Positions 29,943 through 41,099 of a stretch of DNA of 64,000 nt are shown piece by piece; the stretch's first letter is position 1; each line of letters begins with the position of its first letter. Below the pieces are notes generated by a model. That model was not told where the DNA came from, searched no databases, and worked only from the letters and a program-made list of their open reading frames with translations. Made by a program: the position numbers and the translations under genes. Source of the stretch: Candidatus Poribacteria bacterium. Lineage in GTDB: Bacteria; Poribacteria; WGA-4E; PCPOR2b. The stretch lies in assembly GCA_965218095.1 (NCBI GenBank), contig OZ244587.1, positions 4,128,001-4,192,000 on the forward strand. The letters are read 5' to 3'.

Positions 29943-30623
29943 TTACACGCCCCGTCGATTTCCCCAAATATCAACGTGAACTCGCGGCGAATAGCGATAG
30001 CCATGCTTCTTGCAGATTTCCACAAGCCATTCCTGTTTGGGCACCAATTCTTCAGGAGTCATGCCCTGGGGCATCAGTACGATTGTTTCCGGTGGGATGG
30101 GGATTTCAGCCTGTAGCATTTTGATTTCCTCAAGGTCTTCCGGCTGATCGACGACAAACTTGACCTGGCACTCGCATTGATCGAGGAATTGTCGGATAAC
30201 GTCGGCGCGGATACGCCCGCGCTCATGCATCCGAAAGTAGCGATTATCGCCGGGCGGGTTGGAGTTTCGCAGTTTGGGACTCATGGAAATCAGGTGTGCT
30301 GCCACAGGCGCAAATATCGTCGCGTTCGTTTCGATGGTGATGTGATGTCTCCGCCGATCGAGTTCTTGACATAATTCGGTCAAATCTTTTATCTGGACAA
30401 ATGGTTCGCCTCCCGTAATCACGACATGCTTGCAGCCGTATTGGGCGATTGCCTCAACAGCCTCCGCGACGGTCATATCTTTGTTTTCTGGACTCCAGGA
30501 TGTATAAGGGGTATCACACCAGACACACCTCAGATTGCAGTAGCTCGTCCGAAAGAAGACGGAGGGCACGCCAATCAGTTTTCCTTCTCCCTGAATTGTA
30601 TGGAAAAATTCACTGTATTTCAT
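29943..30623 (-). CDS. queE: 7-carboxy-7-deazaguanine synthase (radical SAM)
   Basis: SEFFHTIQGEG, CNLRCVWCDTPY, VITGGEP, IETN, SPKL, KFVV, SPRVH. Start placed at MKYSE. Confidence 0.9.
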   Translation of the reverse strand: MKYSEFFHTIQGEGKLIGVPSVFFRTSYCNLRCVWCDTPYTSWSPENKDMTVAEAVEAIAQYGCKHVVITGGEPFVQIKDLTELCQELDRRRHHITIETNATIFAPVAAHLISMSPKLRNSNPPGDNRYFRMHERGRIRADVIRQFLDQCECQVKFVVDQPEDLEEIKMLQAEIPIPPETIVLMPQGMTPEELVPKQEWLVEICKKHGYRYSPRVHVDIWGNRRGV

Positions 30624-30625
30624 AT

Positions 30626-31237
30626 TTAGAAAGGCAACTCCAATTCCAGTTGCTTCGGGGGCGTCGGGTGTCCAATGTGATAGCCCTTCTGGATCTTGTC
30701 GTGGTGTAGTCGATTCCACTCCCTCTCGGCTTCCTCAAGGCGGTAATCAAACACCTTTTCTGTCTGCTGAAGGCTTTTTTTGCCTCGACGACCGTAGCGA
30801 CTGATGACGGAATAGAAATCGACTGTTAACGCTTGGGCAAGATAGAGGTGATAAACCTTGTCTGATGTTTCCTCCTGATAGTAGAGGTGTGCAACTCGCT
30901 TTGCAAGCAACTTTTCATCAAAAGGGAGGAAAATCGCATCCTTTGCAGGGAAATAGAGAGAAACATTCCAGCCTCCCTCCACACGAGATTGATAGTTTTC
31001 ATACACAAAGGTGCATAGCCCACCTTCATCCGTTGCGTGAAACTCGATTCGCTGGTCAGGCGTTGCGCAGAGTTCATCTAAGACGACGGGCAGTTTTTCT
31101 TGAAGCGTTTCTGGCGTTTCCTGAATCGGGGATTCTATCACCTTTATCCCTTCTGCTTGAACCGATACTACAATACTTGCCACCCAATTTGATAGGCTCG
31201 CCTGAGAGACACTAGCGGTGTACAACTCTAATCTCAT
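30626..31237 (-). CDS. WGR-domain protein
   Basis: LYYQEETSDKVY...YGRRG...A..EWNRL..DKIQKGY in the C-terminal half; ends QLELELPF. Confidence 0.75.
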   Translation of the reverse strand: MRLELYTASVSQASLSNWVASIVVSVQAEGIKVIESPIQETPETLQEKLPVVLDELCATPDQRIEFHATDEGGLCTFVYENYQSRVEGGWNVSLYFPAKDAIFLPFDEKLLAKRVAHLYYQEETSDKVYHLYLAQALTVDFYSVISRYGRRGKKSLQQTEKVFDYRLEEAEREWNRLHHDKIQKGYHIGHPTPPKQLELELPF

Positions 31238-31349
31238 CTAGAGGCTCCCTTCCGTCGTATGACCATAACGTATGACCATAAAGAGAAACCTGATAGACCT
31301 TATAAAATCTTCAAGTTTGTATCTTGACGTTGTTACATTCGCCTCCCGA

Positions 31350-31499
31350 CCCCAATTCTGCTTACTTTTACCCAAATTTTTTCGCTCGGTGATGAAATCG
31401 TCGCGCTGCAGAAATCGGTTCCACAAGTCTCTAGCGGAGCGAGATCCTGCGTAGTGGGGCCGTTAAAAACTTGTGGGTAGAAGTAAGACAGCATTGGGG
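31350..31499 (+). ncRNA. Candidate structured RNA or MITE: ~150-nt imperfect hairpin
   Basis: 31350-31382 pairs with 31465-31499; additional inner stems; extended -10 (TGtTACATT) just upstream. Confidence 0.3.
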
Positions 31500-31635
31500 A
31501 ACTGGGGACAGCAAGTTGAAAACTCTCAGTCGGAGACCGGAGCCACCAGTGGATCTGCCGATGAACTCTTTTAATCTTACGAGTTTTTCACTTATACCTG
31601 TTTGGGTTTGAAATGATGGATTGAGACGCTGAGAC

Positions 31636-31711
31636 GGAAGGAAGGGAAGAAAGGAAGGAGGGAGGAAAAGGCGATTTTTCCCTTTCTTCCATCCTTCCTT
31701 TCCTTCCAACC
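31636..31711. repeat. Purine/pyrimidine inverted repeat (ggaag/cttcc units)
   Basis: ggaaggaagggaagaaaggaagg...tttcttccatccttcctttccttcc. Confidence 0.65.
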
Positions 31712-31741
31712 CGCCCTAACTGAAAAAATCGTATTAATCTA

Positions 31742-32669
31742 ACCCAAGTTGCTAGTAATTGAAAATCCATGGGTTTTCCGTTAAAGTAGAGGTAATCCAA
31801 ACCATAATACCTCAAAGGAGAAACCAAAGGAGAAACCCATGGACATCCAAATTGTAACCATTTTCTATCTCTGTGACAAGCTCTTAGAAGCACTCAACTC
31901 AAAACCACACCCACAAACGCAGATGTCTGATGCCGAAGTCATGACCACCGGCATCGTCGCTGCGTTGTTCTTCGGGGCAAACTTGCAAACCACTTGTGAC
32001 TTTCTAAAGACTCATGGCTATATACCCAAGATGCTTTCAAAAAGTCGATTCAACCGACGACTTCATCGAATTAAACCGATGTTCACCACATTGTTCAAAA
32101 TCTTGGGACGAAGCTATGTGCAACTTAATCAACAGAAAATCTATGCACTGGATACCATACCAATTGCTGTTTGTTCCGCATTCGTCGGTCAAAAATCTAT
32201 ACCGATAAGGCATATCGAGGCTATCAAGCGTCCAAACGTCGGTATTTCTATGGCTTGAAAGTTCATCTGCTAGTGACTGCGAGTCGACACCCTGTTGAAT
32301 TTTTTGTGACCCCAGCCAGTACAGGGGACGTTGAAGGGTTACAGTGGTTTGACTTCGACTTGCCACCGGGCTATGGTGACAAAGCATACAATAATTATGA
32401 GATAGAAGATATTGTTACATCAGTCGTTAAAGCCAGTACGCAAGAAGAATTCCAAGCGGCTGTATCCACCATGGGAGACCTACTTGGCTAATTACCATCG
32501 TAAGTCTGTTGAGACGGCTGGCAGTTTGATTAACAAACTGCTTCCACGTTCAATCCATGCAGTAACGCAACACGGATTTGAATTGAAAGTGGTCTTGTTT
32601 GTATTGGCTAGCAGTATCAATCAGCTCTGAGTTCACTCACATATTCGATGAATAGGTCGCAACTTGGGT
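31742..32669 (+). mobile_element. IS982-family element with frameshifted transposase
   Basis: Terminal IR ACCCAAGTTGC/GCAACTTGGGT; 7-bp TSD taatcta; motifs MSDAEV, SRFNRR, YFYGLKVH split over three frames. Confidence 0.9.
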
Positions 32670-32691
32670 TAATCTAACAAAGTCAAGGTAT

Positions 32692-33066
32692 TTAGGAAGC
32701 CTGGATGAGTTCAATCTCCACGTTATCAGGTCCCTTAATGAAAGCAATTGGCAATCCAGACGGTTTAACGTCTTCAATTTCAGCCCCCTTCGCTTCCAAC
32801 TCCTCCAGAGTGGCATCAAGGTCTTCCACTGTAAGCGCAAGTTGGTAGACACCCCAGCGTGGATTCCCGCTGGTTGGTTCAACTTCCATATCGCCCAATT
32901 TAGGGGAGAGGAAGAATCTTTGTCCGCCGACCTCCATCCGAACAATTGGCAAGCCGCGGAGTTCTACCCGTTCCGTAACTTTGCCATCGAGCATCTTTTC
33001 GTAATAAGCGACAGCAGCTTCAAGGTCTTCACAACGAAAATGGATGTGATGAAATGTGTATGTCAT
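32692..33066 (-). CDS. VOC/glyoxalase family protein
   Basis: FHHIHFRCEDLEAA..YY, LALTVEDL, FIKGPDNVEIELIQ. Confidence 0.9.
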   Translation of the reverse strand: MTYTFHHIHFRCEDLEAAVAYYEKMLDGKVTERVELRGLPIVRMEVGGQRFFLSPKLGDMEVEPTSGNPRWGVYQLALTVEDLDATLEELEAKGAEIEDVKPSGLPIAFIKGPDNVEIELIQAS

Positions 33067-33214
33067 TGTTATATTCTCCTGTCTGTAAAAAATGGGATTA
33101 TCATCAAGATTCATTTCTCGACTTCGTACGAGGATTATTATAGACCAAAAGCAGGGTGGATGTAAATAGAATTCTCTTGATATTCAGAAATTCTTTCTTA
33201 TTCCGGGGTTCAAG

Positions 33215-34228
33215 CTAAAATGCGACAGTTTCATCAATCTGTTGCAGGTAGCCTTGAATCCAGGGGCGTGTCCGCTCGTTCATCCCGGCAAAATAGTACA
33301 AATCCAGCCAGAGTGTTACTCCTCGCAGGAAGGCGAGCCGCAGGTGGGTGGGCAGCATCTCCCTGTCTGCTTCAGACAGGGGACAACTGCTTTCGTAGGC
33401 GTGCAGAAATACGGAATGTTGGTTAGCCGTCAGGGGGATGTCTTGATAAACGGCAGGAAAGAAAACCAGCGTGTATGCCAGATCGTACAAGCGATTCGCG
33501 GGGCGGGCGGTATCCAAATCTAAAATTGCGCGAATCTGATTCCCATCAAACTTGAGATTCTGGGCGCGGTAGTCACCGTGTATAATCCATTCCATCGCGT
33601 ATCGCGTATTGCGTATTGCGTAAACTGAATTTCTGAACCCCTCCGCTTTGTCGAGCCATTGCTTGATCTGGGATGGTGACACCGGGTCTGTTTTGCCCTT
33701 CCCCACAACGGACTGGAGACGAGATAATCGATCTTGCAGTTGCGCAAAGATTTCGGTTTCTATGGGTTGCCAAGCAGGTTGGATGCGGGGGTAAAACTTA
33801 CGAAGCTGCTGATGTAAAAGTCCTAGCATTTCCCCTGAAGCACGTAACTGCCCTGGATTTCCAACCTCATAATCGTGTCCTTCGATAAACTCAAAGAGCG
33901 CATAGATCTGCCTTGTTTTTGAGAAACTGTCGCAGAGGCTGAATGTTTCTCCCTTGTTGTTCGACAGCAGGCGAGGAACAGGCAAACCGCCCTGATACAA
34001 AAAATTCTGGAGGGCATGTGTGAAGGCGATTCGTTGGTGGTTGGGTTCACGTGCTATTTTCTGATTGTCTACTGACTTATAGATCTTCAGGAACAGTGGC
34101 CCCTGGTTAGTCACAAGCTTCATTGTTGTGCTCATCGCACCTGTACCGATTGGCGTTGTTGATGTGATACTGAAGTCGTAGTTTTGAAGGATGGATCTTT
34201 CAAGGTGAATCGAGAGGTGAGGGGACAT
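33215..34228 (-). CDS. Type II homoserine kinase / APH-family phosphotransferase
   Basis: LFLKIY, LPVPRLL, IIHGDYRAQN, ILDLD, LYDLA. Confidence 0.85.
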   Translation of the reverse strand: MSPHLSIHLERSILQNYDFSITSTTPIGTGAMSTTMKLVTNQGPLFLKIYKSVDNQKIAREPNHQRIAFTHALQNFLYQGGLPVPRLLSNNKGETFSLCDSFSKTRQIYALFEFIEGHDYEVGNPGQLRASGEMLGLLHQQLRKFYPRIQPAWQPIETEIFAQLQDRLSRLQSVVGKGKTDPVSPSQIKQWLDKAEGFRNSVYAIRNTRYAMEWIIHGDYRAQNLKFDGNQIRAILDLDTARPANRLYDLAYTLVFFPAVYQDIPLTANQHSVFLHAYESSCPLSEADREMLPTHLRLAFLRGVTLWLDLYYFAGMNERTRPWIQGYLQQIDETVAF

Positions 34229-34477
34229 GGCAATATAGCCTCATTTATCAGAGTTGACTGCTGCCGGGAGTCTGTTATCAAGCAGATCATCGAATGGTAT
34301 ATTTATGGAATCACTTATAAGCGGGATGTTCATGCGCAACATCTTCCCAGGTTTGGGTGGTGTATATCCTTTGTATTCATAGATGCCCAACGCAACATCC
34401 TGCAGCCTTCTGCTGTTTGAGTGTATTGGTATCCTTTTGCGCAGGATAAATCTGTCCTTCATTTACCCCCAGTTTTT

Positions 34478-35745
34478 CAAGGGGTGAGAGTTGACGGGGT
34501 TTGAGACGTTAGCTGTGTGAGAAACCTTGCCATCAAGCACCTTGAAGCGTATCTCCCCGACACAGGGGAAGCGTGAAAAATGGAGAGAGACACCAACCCA
34601 ACCACGCCTGAGATACAACACGCTTTATCACCGTAATCAGCGAATAAGTCTTTGTCGTCGGATTGAATGATTTGACCCATTGATAGCCGGACTTCTCATA
34701 GGTGATAAAGAGCAAGCCGTAAGTGAGACACCCTAACAACCATAACAGATTGATGCGAGATTTTGTCGGTCGTTTGAGGACGAGACTGCCAAACCCAAAG
34801 CCACTCTTTATGTCTCTAAACCCGTGGTCAATCTGCATGCGTCGCTTATAGCAACTATATATTTCCAATCCGCTGAGGTGGTTTGAAATCAGACACATCG
34901 ACTCAGAAAACCCCTCATCGATAACCACATAGAGGTTGAGTCGAATCTGCTCGGTTCGGTGGTAGAGAATCTGTGGGTAAAACCCGGTTGAATCGAGTTG
35001 TTTCAGCGTTTTGACAACCTCATTGACCTCGAATCCAACGTTGCGACGAACGCGCATCACAAACGGAATCTCTCGGGCTTTGAGAAACTTTATCACATAT
35101 CTCGCCCGGGCAAACCCCCGGTCGAATATCAACACCGGCTCACACTTTGGGGGTAAAACGGCTTTTGTCCGGCGATAGACAGTGACGCAAAAGCGTTGGA
35201 TAATTTCGTTATGGTTTTTTATATTTTAGTGTCCGAATCTCGGCGTCACTATAAATATGCCAGTAGATAGGTATCGCCCAGTGTCGAAACGGCACCGCGG
35301 CAACCATCGCTTTGCCCCCCCCAATCAACTGGGTTTCATCGACCAAAATCAAGGTACGAGCTTTGCGGTTTTGACAGACGGTTGTCAGGACGAAAACCAG
35401 CCAACAGCGCATCACCGCACCGATTGGAAAGACCGAATCAATGAATCTGAGAAGTCGTTTCTGTTTCGTCTTTTGGGGCTTAACCGCCACCGGCAATCGG
35501 GAGGTGATTTCGTTGAGACGAAAGGTCTTAGCCAATGCAATAGCGATGGTTGTGGGTATGAGGGTTTTCAACGCTGGTTTTTTCAAAACGGGGTTGAAAA
35601 TCTGGGTGATAGTGGTTATCATTGTTGTGGGATTCACCCGCTTTTGGATGTGTTTTCCTTTCATAATACCTCCTTGCTTCAAACAGTGAGTGTTTTGGGT
35701 AAGGAGGTATTTTACCATATCTGAGAAGACTTTCTCACACCTATG
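34478..35745 (-). mobile_element. IS4-family element, transposase frameshifted (ends approximate)
   Basis: Fragments 35209-35718 (ILVDET) and 34533-35135 (IFDRGF, YKRRMQIDHGFRDIKS, YREK-like); weak IR core AGG.GTGAGA. Confidence 0.75.
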
Positions 35746-36708
35746 GCTGACAAAACCACTAATGATACCCGCTCACAAAAAACTGGGGGTAAATGAAAAA
35801 TCTGTCCGGCTTGACTATTTCTCGTAACCATTTTAATGGGCGTGACTCATAGTTCTTCTCCTCGATTACGACGTAACCTGTCCCAAAATCCTGAAGCGTC
35901 TCATAAATCTCCTCTCGATCCGTAATCCGCTCTTCGACAATCCGGCGCATTCGGGAAGTCGCCAACAGTTTGTCGGCTTGCGTGTCACCCCAAAGGCGTT
36001 TTTGTTGCTACCATGTGTTTGACGAGGATCCGTTATGATCCTTCCTTCGGCCCAGGCTTTCTCTGCAGGGAGTTACTGATCTAACCGCCCGCCGCGAAAT
36101 CGTCGGGCTAATGGCGGAAAAGCCCCGTAAACGAGGCTAATAGCGAATTTGCACGCCTAACTCTGGGGCTTTGAAAAGTGTCAACTTAATTCTGGCGGAA
36201 AATGAACCATGCCGATTTTTTTTATTAAAGTCGTTTTCAGTTTTAATTTCTACATCATCGATCGAAATTGTTGCTTCTTCTTTTGATCTCTCCTGATCGC
36301 TGTGCACAATACGAACGCCATTGTCACGCCAATTCGACGTAATTTCAGGTGCCATCTTCTTACTCCGGGTTATACAAAAAACGCCGTATCAACGGTGTCA
36401 TGCGGAAATTTCTCTGCATGATTGGAGTTGAAGCCTGCTTCTAAATCTGGTAAAATAAACATATAGTGTAATGGCCAATAGGATGATCGACACTTTTGCT
36501 CGGTAAATCCAAGCCACAAATTGTAGGAGATAATGTCTGCCATTTTCCTGACCAATACATAAAATAAACAATAGACTGTGGGTTGAAACGAAGAAAAACT
36601 TCAGAACGATGCTATCCTGCTCAACCGCTTTTCCTTTTCAAACCTCCGAAATCTGACTATCGTAGTATGACAAGTCGGGCAAAGTCAACAATATAATTCT
36701 ATTCATCC

Positions 36709-37596
36709 GTGCCATGCACCAGACATCAAACTCCCTCCACCATCTCTTCTCAGCTCCGGTTCCTCATCCACCTCCGCTTGAAATTTGTTGCAATCCTGGC
36801 CCCGATTTTCCTGTGGGGAGCGTTTGTCTCCGAAGGGCGGCTCAACACATCGTTCTGGCTGGGGTTCATTTTATTTCATCTGTGCCTATATGGTGGCGTA
36901 AACACGCTGAATTCATACTACGATCGAGATGAAGGACCGATCGGTGGGCTCAAACATCCGCCGACAGTCGATCGCTTTTTTATCTGGCGTGGGGTATTCA
37001 GGTCATCGGTTTCGTACCGGGGTTTGCTTTGCCCCTTGGTTTTCGTTTAATCTATCTGGGGGCGATGGTCATGTCCGTTGCTTACTCTCACCCATCGATC
37101 CGCCTCAAGGGACGTCCACTTGGAAGCGTTTTTATTGTTGCCATCGGACAAGGGTGGCTGACGTATTGGGCGGGATGGATTGTGTGCCGCGCTGAAGCGA
37201 TTTCGATTTTCACTCGCAAAGGGATTCTGGGTGGGCTTGCGATAACGATTATCACCGTCGGGCTATATTCGCTCACCCAGATCTATCAAATCGACAGCGA
37301 TCGGGCAAAGAGCAATCGTACACTTGCCATTTGGAAAATCCTTCCTATTTTCGCTGATATGTATCCCACTTGCGGGAGTCTGCATGGCTTCCTTGTTTTG
37401 GTTCTATTTTCGTCGTCCCGAAGGACTTGTTCTGTTGGGTTATTTTGTCGGACTGTGGGCGATCGTCTATCGGTGGGAACGCAACTATCAATCGATGAAC
37501 CAGATGGATAACTACAACATGGTCATACGAATGAACCTGGTCAATTCCTCATGCTTTGCCGCTTATCTCGCACTGCATTTTCTTCATATCTTGTAA
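36709..37596 (+). pseudogene. UbiA-family prenyltransferase, two frameshifts
   Basis: NSYYDRDEGP, YSHPSIRLK, TQIYQIDSDRAKSNRTLA spread over three frames. Confidence 0.8.
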
Positions 37597-37696
37597 CTGA
37601 ACCATCCCATGATCTGCCAATTGCTGAACGGCGATTTGAGAATCAGCGAATCAACGAATGGACGAATCACACATCACGTTTCACATTTCACCTCCC

Positions 37697-38815
37697 ATGC
37701 CACACACAGCGATCCGGACAGTTGGGACAGCCGTCCCCAAATATCAGCACCGCCAATCAGACATCGCACAGTTTATGAAAAGCGCACTGCGTGCGGATGT
37801 GCCACTTTCCCGGCAGATTGATTATCTCTACCATCGGTCGCAGATTAATACGCGCTATAGCTGCATTCCAGATTACAGCCGCCTTGATCCAACCCAATTT
37901 GAATTCTACCCGCCCAACTGGGATTTCTCCCCTTTCCCGACTACTCAGCAACGGTTAGCAAAATATCAGGCGGAAGCTCTCCCGTTGTGCAAAGCGGCCA
38001 TCGTAGACGCGCTGAATCAGCCGCATGCCCCTGATTTGGCGGAAATCACTCACCTGATCGTCGTCAGTTGCACGGGGTTTTATGCGCCGGGATTGGACAT
38101 CCACCTTATCAGAGTGCTTGGACTTTCGCCGAAAGTTCAGCGCACGCTGATCGGGTTTATGGGGTGTTATGCCGCCTTTAACGGAATTCGCCTAGCGGAT
38201 GCATGCCGATCCGACCACAGTGCAACGGTTTTGCTGGTTTGCGTTGAGCCCTGCACGCTACATTTCCAACACAGCATTGCGCGGCATCACCTGATTGCCA
38301 ACTGCATTTTTGCTGACGGCGCTGCTGCCGTTTTTTTTCAGCGCCAGTCACGATCCAATCCGACATCGAATGTCCTGATCGCCAAGCACAGTATGGGTTG
38401 GATAGATGATGATTCATCGGAAGATATGACGTGGACAATCGGAGACACGGGCTTTGAGATGTACATCTCGCCGACGATTGCCAGGGTTCTGGATGTCAAC
38501 TTGACAGATTTTATTCAACGACTTCTCAAGCCGAGCGGTTTGGGCAAAGCGGACATTGACTTCTGGGCAATCCACTCCGGTGGGCGATCTATTCTGGATA
38601 CCGTCCAGCAGCGGCTAGATCTTCCCGCACACAAGGTAGCGGATTCACATGCCGTGCTGCATAAGTACGGGAATATGTCCTCACCATCGGTGCTGTTTGT
38701 CCTCAAGCGGCTATTTCAGCATTTGCAGCGTAGAGAGGACTTCCGGTACTGCGTCGCGATGGCTTTCGGCTCCGGCTTGACGCTGGAAGGGTGCTTGCTT
38801 GAGGTGGTCAGATAA
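37697..38815 (+). CDS. Type III polyketide synthase (chalcone synthase-like)
   Basis: Cys-His-Asn triad: FMGCYAA, WAIHSGG, YGNMSS; VSCTGF, FADGAAA. Confidence 0.9.
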   Translation: MPHTAIRTVGTAVPKYQHRQSDIAQFMKSALRADVPLSRQIDYLYHRSQINTRYSCIPDYSRLDPTQFEFYPPNWDFSPFPTTQQRLAKYQAEALPLCKAAIVDALNQPHAPDLAEITHLIVVSCTGFYAPGLDIHLIRVLGLSPKVQRTLIGFMGCYAAFNGIRLADACRSDHSATVLLVCVEPCTLHFQHSIARHHLIANCIFADGAAAVFFQRQSRSNPTSNVLIAKHSMGWIDDDSSEDMTWTIGDTGFEMYISPTIARVLDVNLTDFIQRLLKPSGLGKADIDFWAIHSGGRSILDTVQQRLDLPAHKVADSHAVLHKYGNMSSPSVLFVLKRLFQHLQRREDFRYCVAMAFGSGLTLEGCLLEVVR

Positions 38816-38850
38816 GAGCAGTCTTTGTTGAGAGGAAAGAGATCTACTGA

Positions 38851-38879
38851 TTGATTGTGTCCTAAATCTCTGTTATAAT
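38851..38879 (+). promoter_or_regulatory. Sigma70 promoter with extended -10
   Basis: TTGATT-N17-TATAAT with TG upstream of the -10. Confidence 0.6.
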
Positions 38880-38949
38880 TACTGCTAAGTTATACCGGTG
38901 TCGAGCAGATCTCGGAGAAAGGAAATTAGCGAGTTGTGAGGAGGAATAA

Positions 38950-40455
38950 ATGAGCGTTTTAGGGATTGATGTCGGCACAACGAGCTGCAAGGTGATTGCC
39001 TTTAACATGGAAGGAGAAATCCTTGCGCAGGCTTACGGCGAATATCCGCTGATCCATCCGCAGCCCGGTTGGTCGGAGTTGGACTCGAACCTCGTTTGGG
39101 AAAAGGTGTCAAATGGGGTTCGGCAGGTAGCTGCGCAGACGAAGCGCGATCCGATTGAAGCCCTCAGCGTTGCGTGCCAGGGGGAAGCTGTGACGCCGAT
39201 TTCAAAGTCCGGCGAAATCCTCGCACATGCGATCACCTCCTTCGATTTTCGCGCATCGGGTATCGCTGATGAAATCAACCAGAGTCTCAGCAAGCTGGAA
39301 GTCATGCAGATCACAGGGATGCCTCTGAGTGCCATTCCCACTCTGGTGAAGCTAATCTGGATGCAGCGGAATCAGCCGGAGATCTATCGAAGGACGTGGA
39401 AATTTCTCGGTTTCGAGGATTTCGTGTACTACAAACTCGGTATGACGCCGGTCGTCGATTACTCGTTGGCGGCGCGGACGATGGCGTTTGACATCATACA
39501 GAAGGATTGGCCGACGAAGATGCTCGATCTCGCGACTGTAGACCGTGATCTGTTTCCCGATGTGGCGCCGTTGGGCACAATCATCGGCGAGGTTGCCCCC
39601 AAAGTTGCCGAAGCACTCAGTCTCCCCAGAGGCGTGGTCGGTATCACAGGCGGACATGATCAACCCTATGGCGCGTTAGGCGCAGGCATCATCCACGAAG
39701 GCGATGTCATGGACGCGACTGGGATGGTCGAGTGTATCGCACCAGCGTTTCATGAACCTGTGATTAATGAACAAATGGTCAACGGCAATTTCGCCTGTTA
39801 TCCACACGTCGTTGATGGCATGTATCTGACCCTCGGATTCGTGTCGAGCGGCGGTGTGGTGCTGCGATGGTTCCGCGATACTTTTGCGCAAGTAGAGGTC
39901 GCCGAAGCCGAAGCTGCGGGGCGAGATGTCTACGATCTACTGATGGCGGAGATGCCGGATACGCCGTCGCCGGTGATGCTGCTACCGCACTTCACCGGTT
40001 CTGGCACGCCTCAACTCGATCTCGAGTCAAAGGGAGCAATCCTTAGCTTAACGCTTTCGACGAACAAAGGCGATTTAATCAAAGCCATCCTCGAAGGCAT
40101 CAGCTACGAGATTAAGCACAACTTCTCACTGCTTCAGGAGGCGGGCGTTGCCATCAACGAAATCCGCGCAATTAGCGGCGGGGCAAAGTCTGAGAAATGG
40201 TTGCAACTCAAAGCGGATATGTTCGGCAAAAAAGTGGTTGCCCTCGACGTATCCGAAGGCGTCTGCTTGGGTGCGGCGATTTTGGCAGGAGCAGCGATCG
40301 GAAAGTATGCTTCTATCGCATCGGCCATTGAGCAGCTTGTCAAGCCCCGCAAAACCTATTATCCGCGTGAGGAAGTCAGGAAGTTGTAGGATGAGAAGCT
40401 GAAGCTGTATACGCAGATCTATCCCTCGATTCGGGGGATTAACCGACAGCTTTGA
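38950..40455 (+). pseudogene. FGGY carbohydrate kinase (xylulokinase-like); in-frame TAG at 40387-40389 near the C-terminus
   Basis: GIDVGTTSCK, GGHDQ, LPHFTGSG, AILEG; frame continues RKL*DEKLKLYTQIYP to TGA at 40455. Confidence 0.8.
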
Positions 40456-40504
40456 AAATAGCGAAGGAGAGCGGGGTGCCAGCCCGTTCACAACTTCCCG
40501 AAGA

Positions 40505-41010
40505 ATGACGACTGGGCAAGAGATCTACTCCGGCAAGAGATGTGTGTACTTGAACTTCTTAACGACAGGGTGACACTCGATTTGTTGCCCCACATGATGC
40601 CACACTCGGGACACTGGGTGGAGGCGCACTTTGAGCCGTTGCTCAAAGATAAGCACTTCATGGATTACAACCCCGTCCTGACGAACGGAGATCTGGCGTG
40701 CTATCACCTTCTGTGGAACAAGACAGAGGCTTTCCTCACGGGAGTGATCGACTTTGGCACGGCGGGCATCGGTGATCCTGCATCCGACTACGCTTGTGTA
40801 ATCTACAACTATGGCGAAACATTCTTAGCATGGATGGCGCGGTACGAGAAAGCCATTTTCGATGCTGTCAATCGGGCAAGGTTCTAGGCAGGGACGCTTG
40901 AACTTCAGTGGGCACTTACAGGCCTTCGGCGGAAGTTGCCCGACTGGCACACAGCACATGTGGGAAACGCAAAGGATATGTCTCCAATTGGAGTCCCATT
41001 CGGGGACTGA
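40505..41010 (+). pseudogene. APH-family phosphotransferase remnant
   Basis: NGDLACYHLL, GVIDFGTAGIGDPASD; N-lobe deleted; in-frame TAG at 40885. Confidence 0.75.
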
Positions 41011-41099
41011 CGATGGCGCCAGCACGTTGGGTCAAGGAACGAAACTCAACGAGCAACTTTATACTCAAGAGTTAGAGCACTCAAAATAAAGAAGATAAC

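Noticed and set aside
29943-30623. queE as part of a dpd 7-deazaguanine DNA-modification island
   Set aside because: No dpdA/tgt, queC, queD or folE in the window.
34241-36555. Short ORFs flanking the IS4 element (34241-34462, 35759-35965, 36137-36355)
   Set aside because: They look like gene fragments, but no family could be supported from sequence alone.
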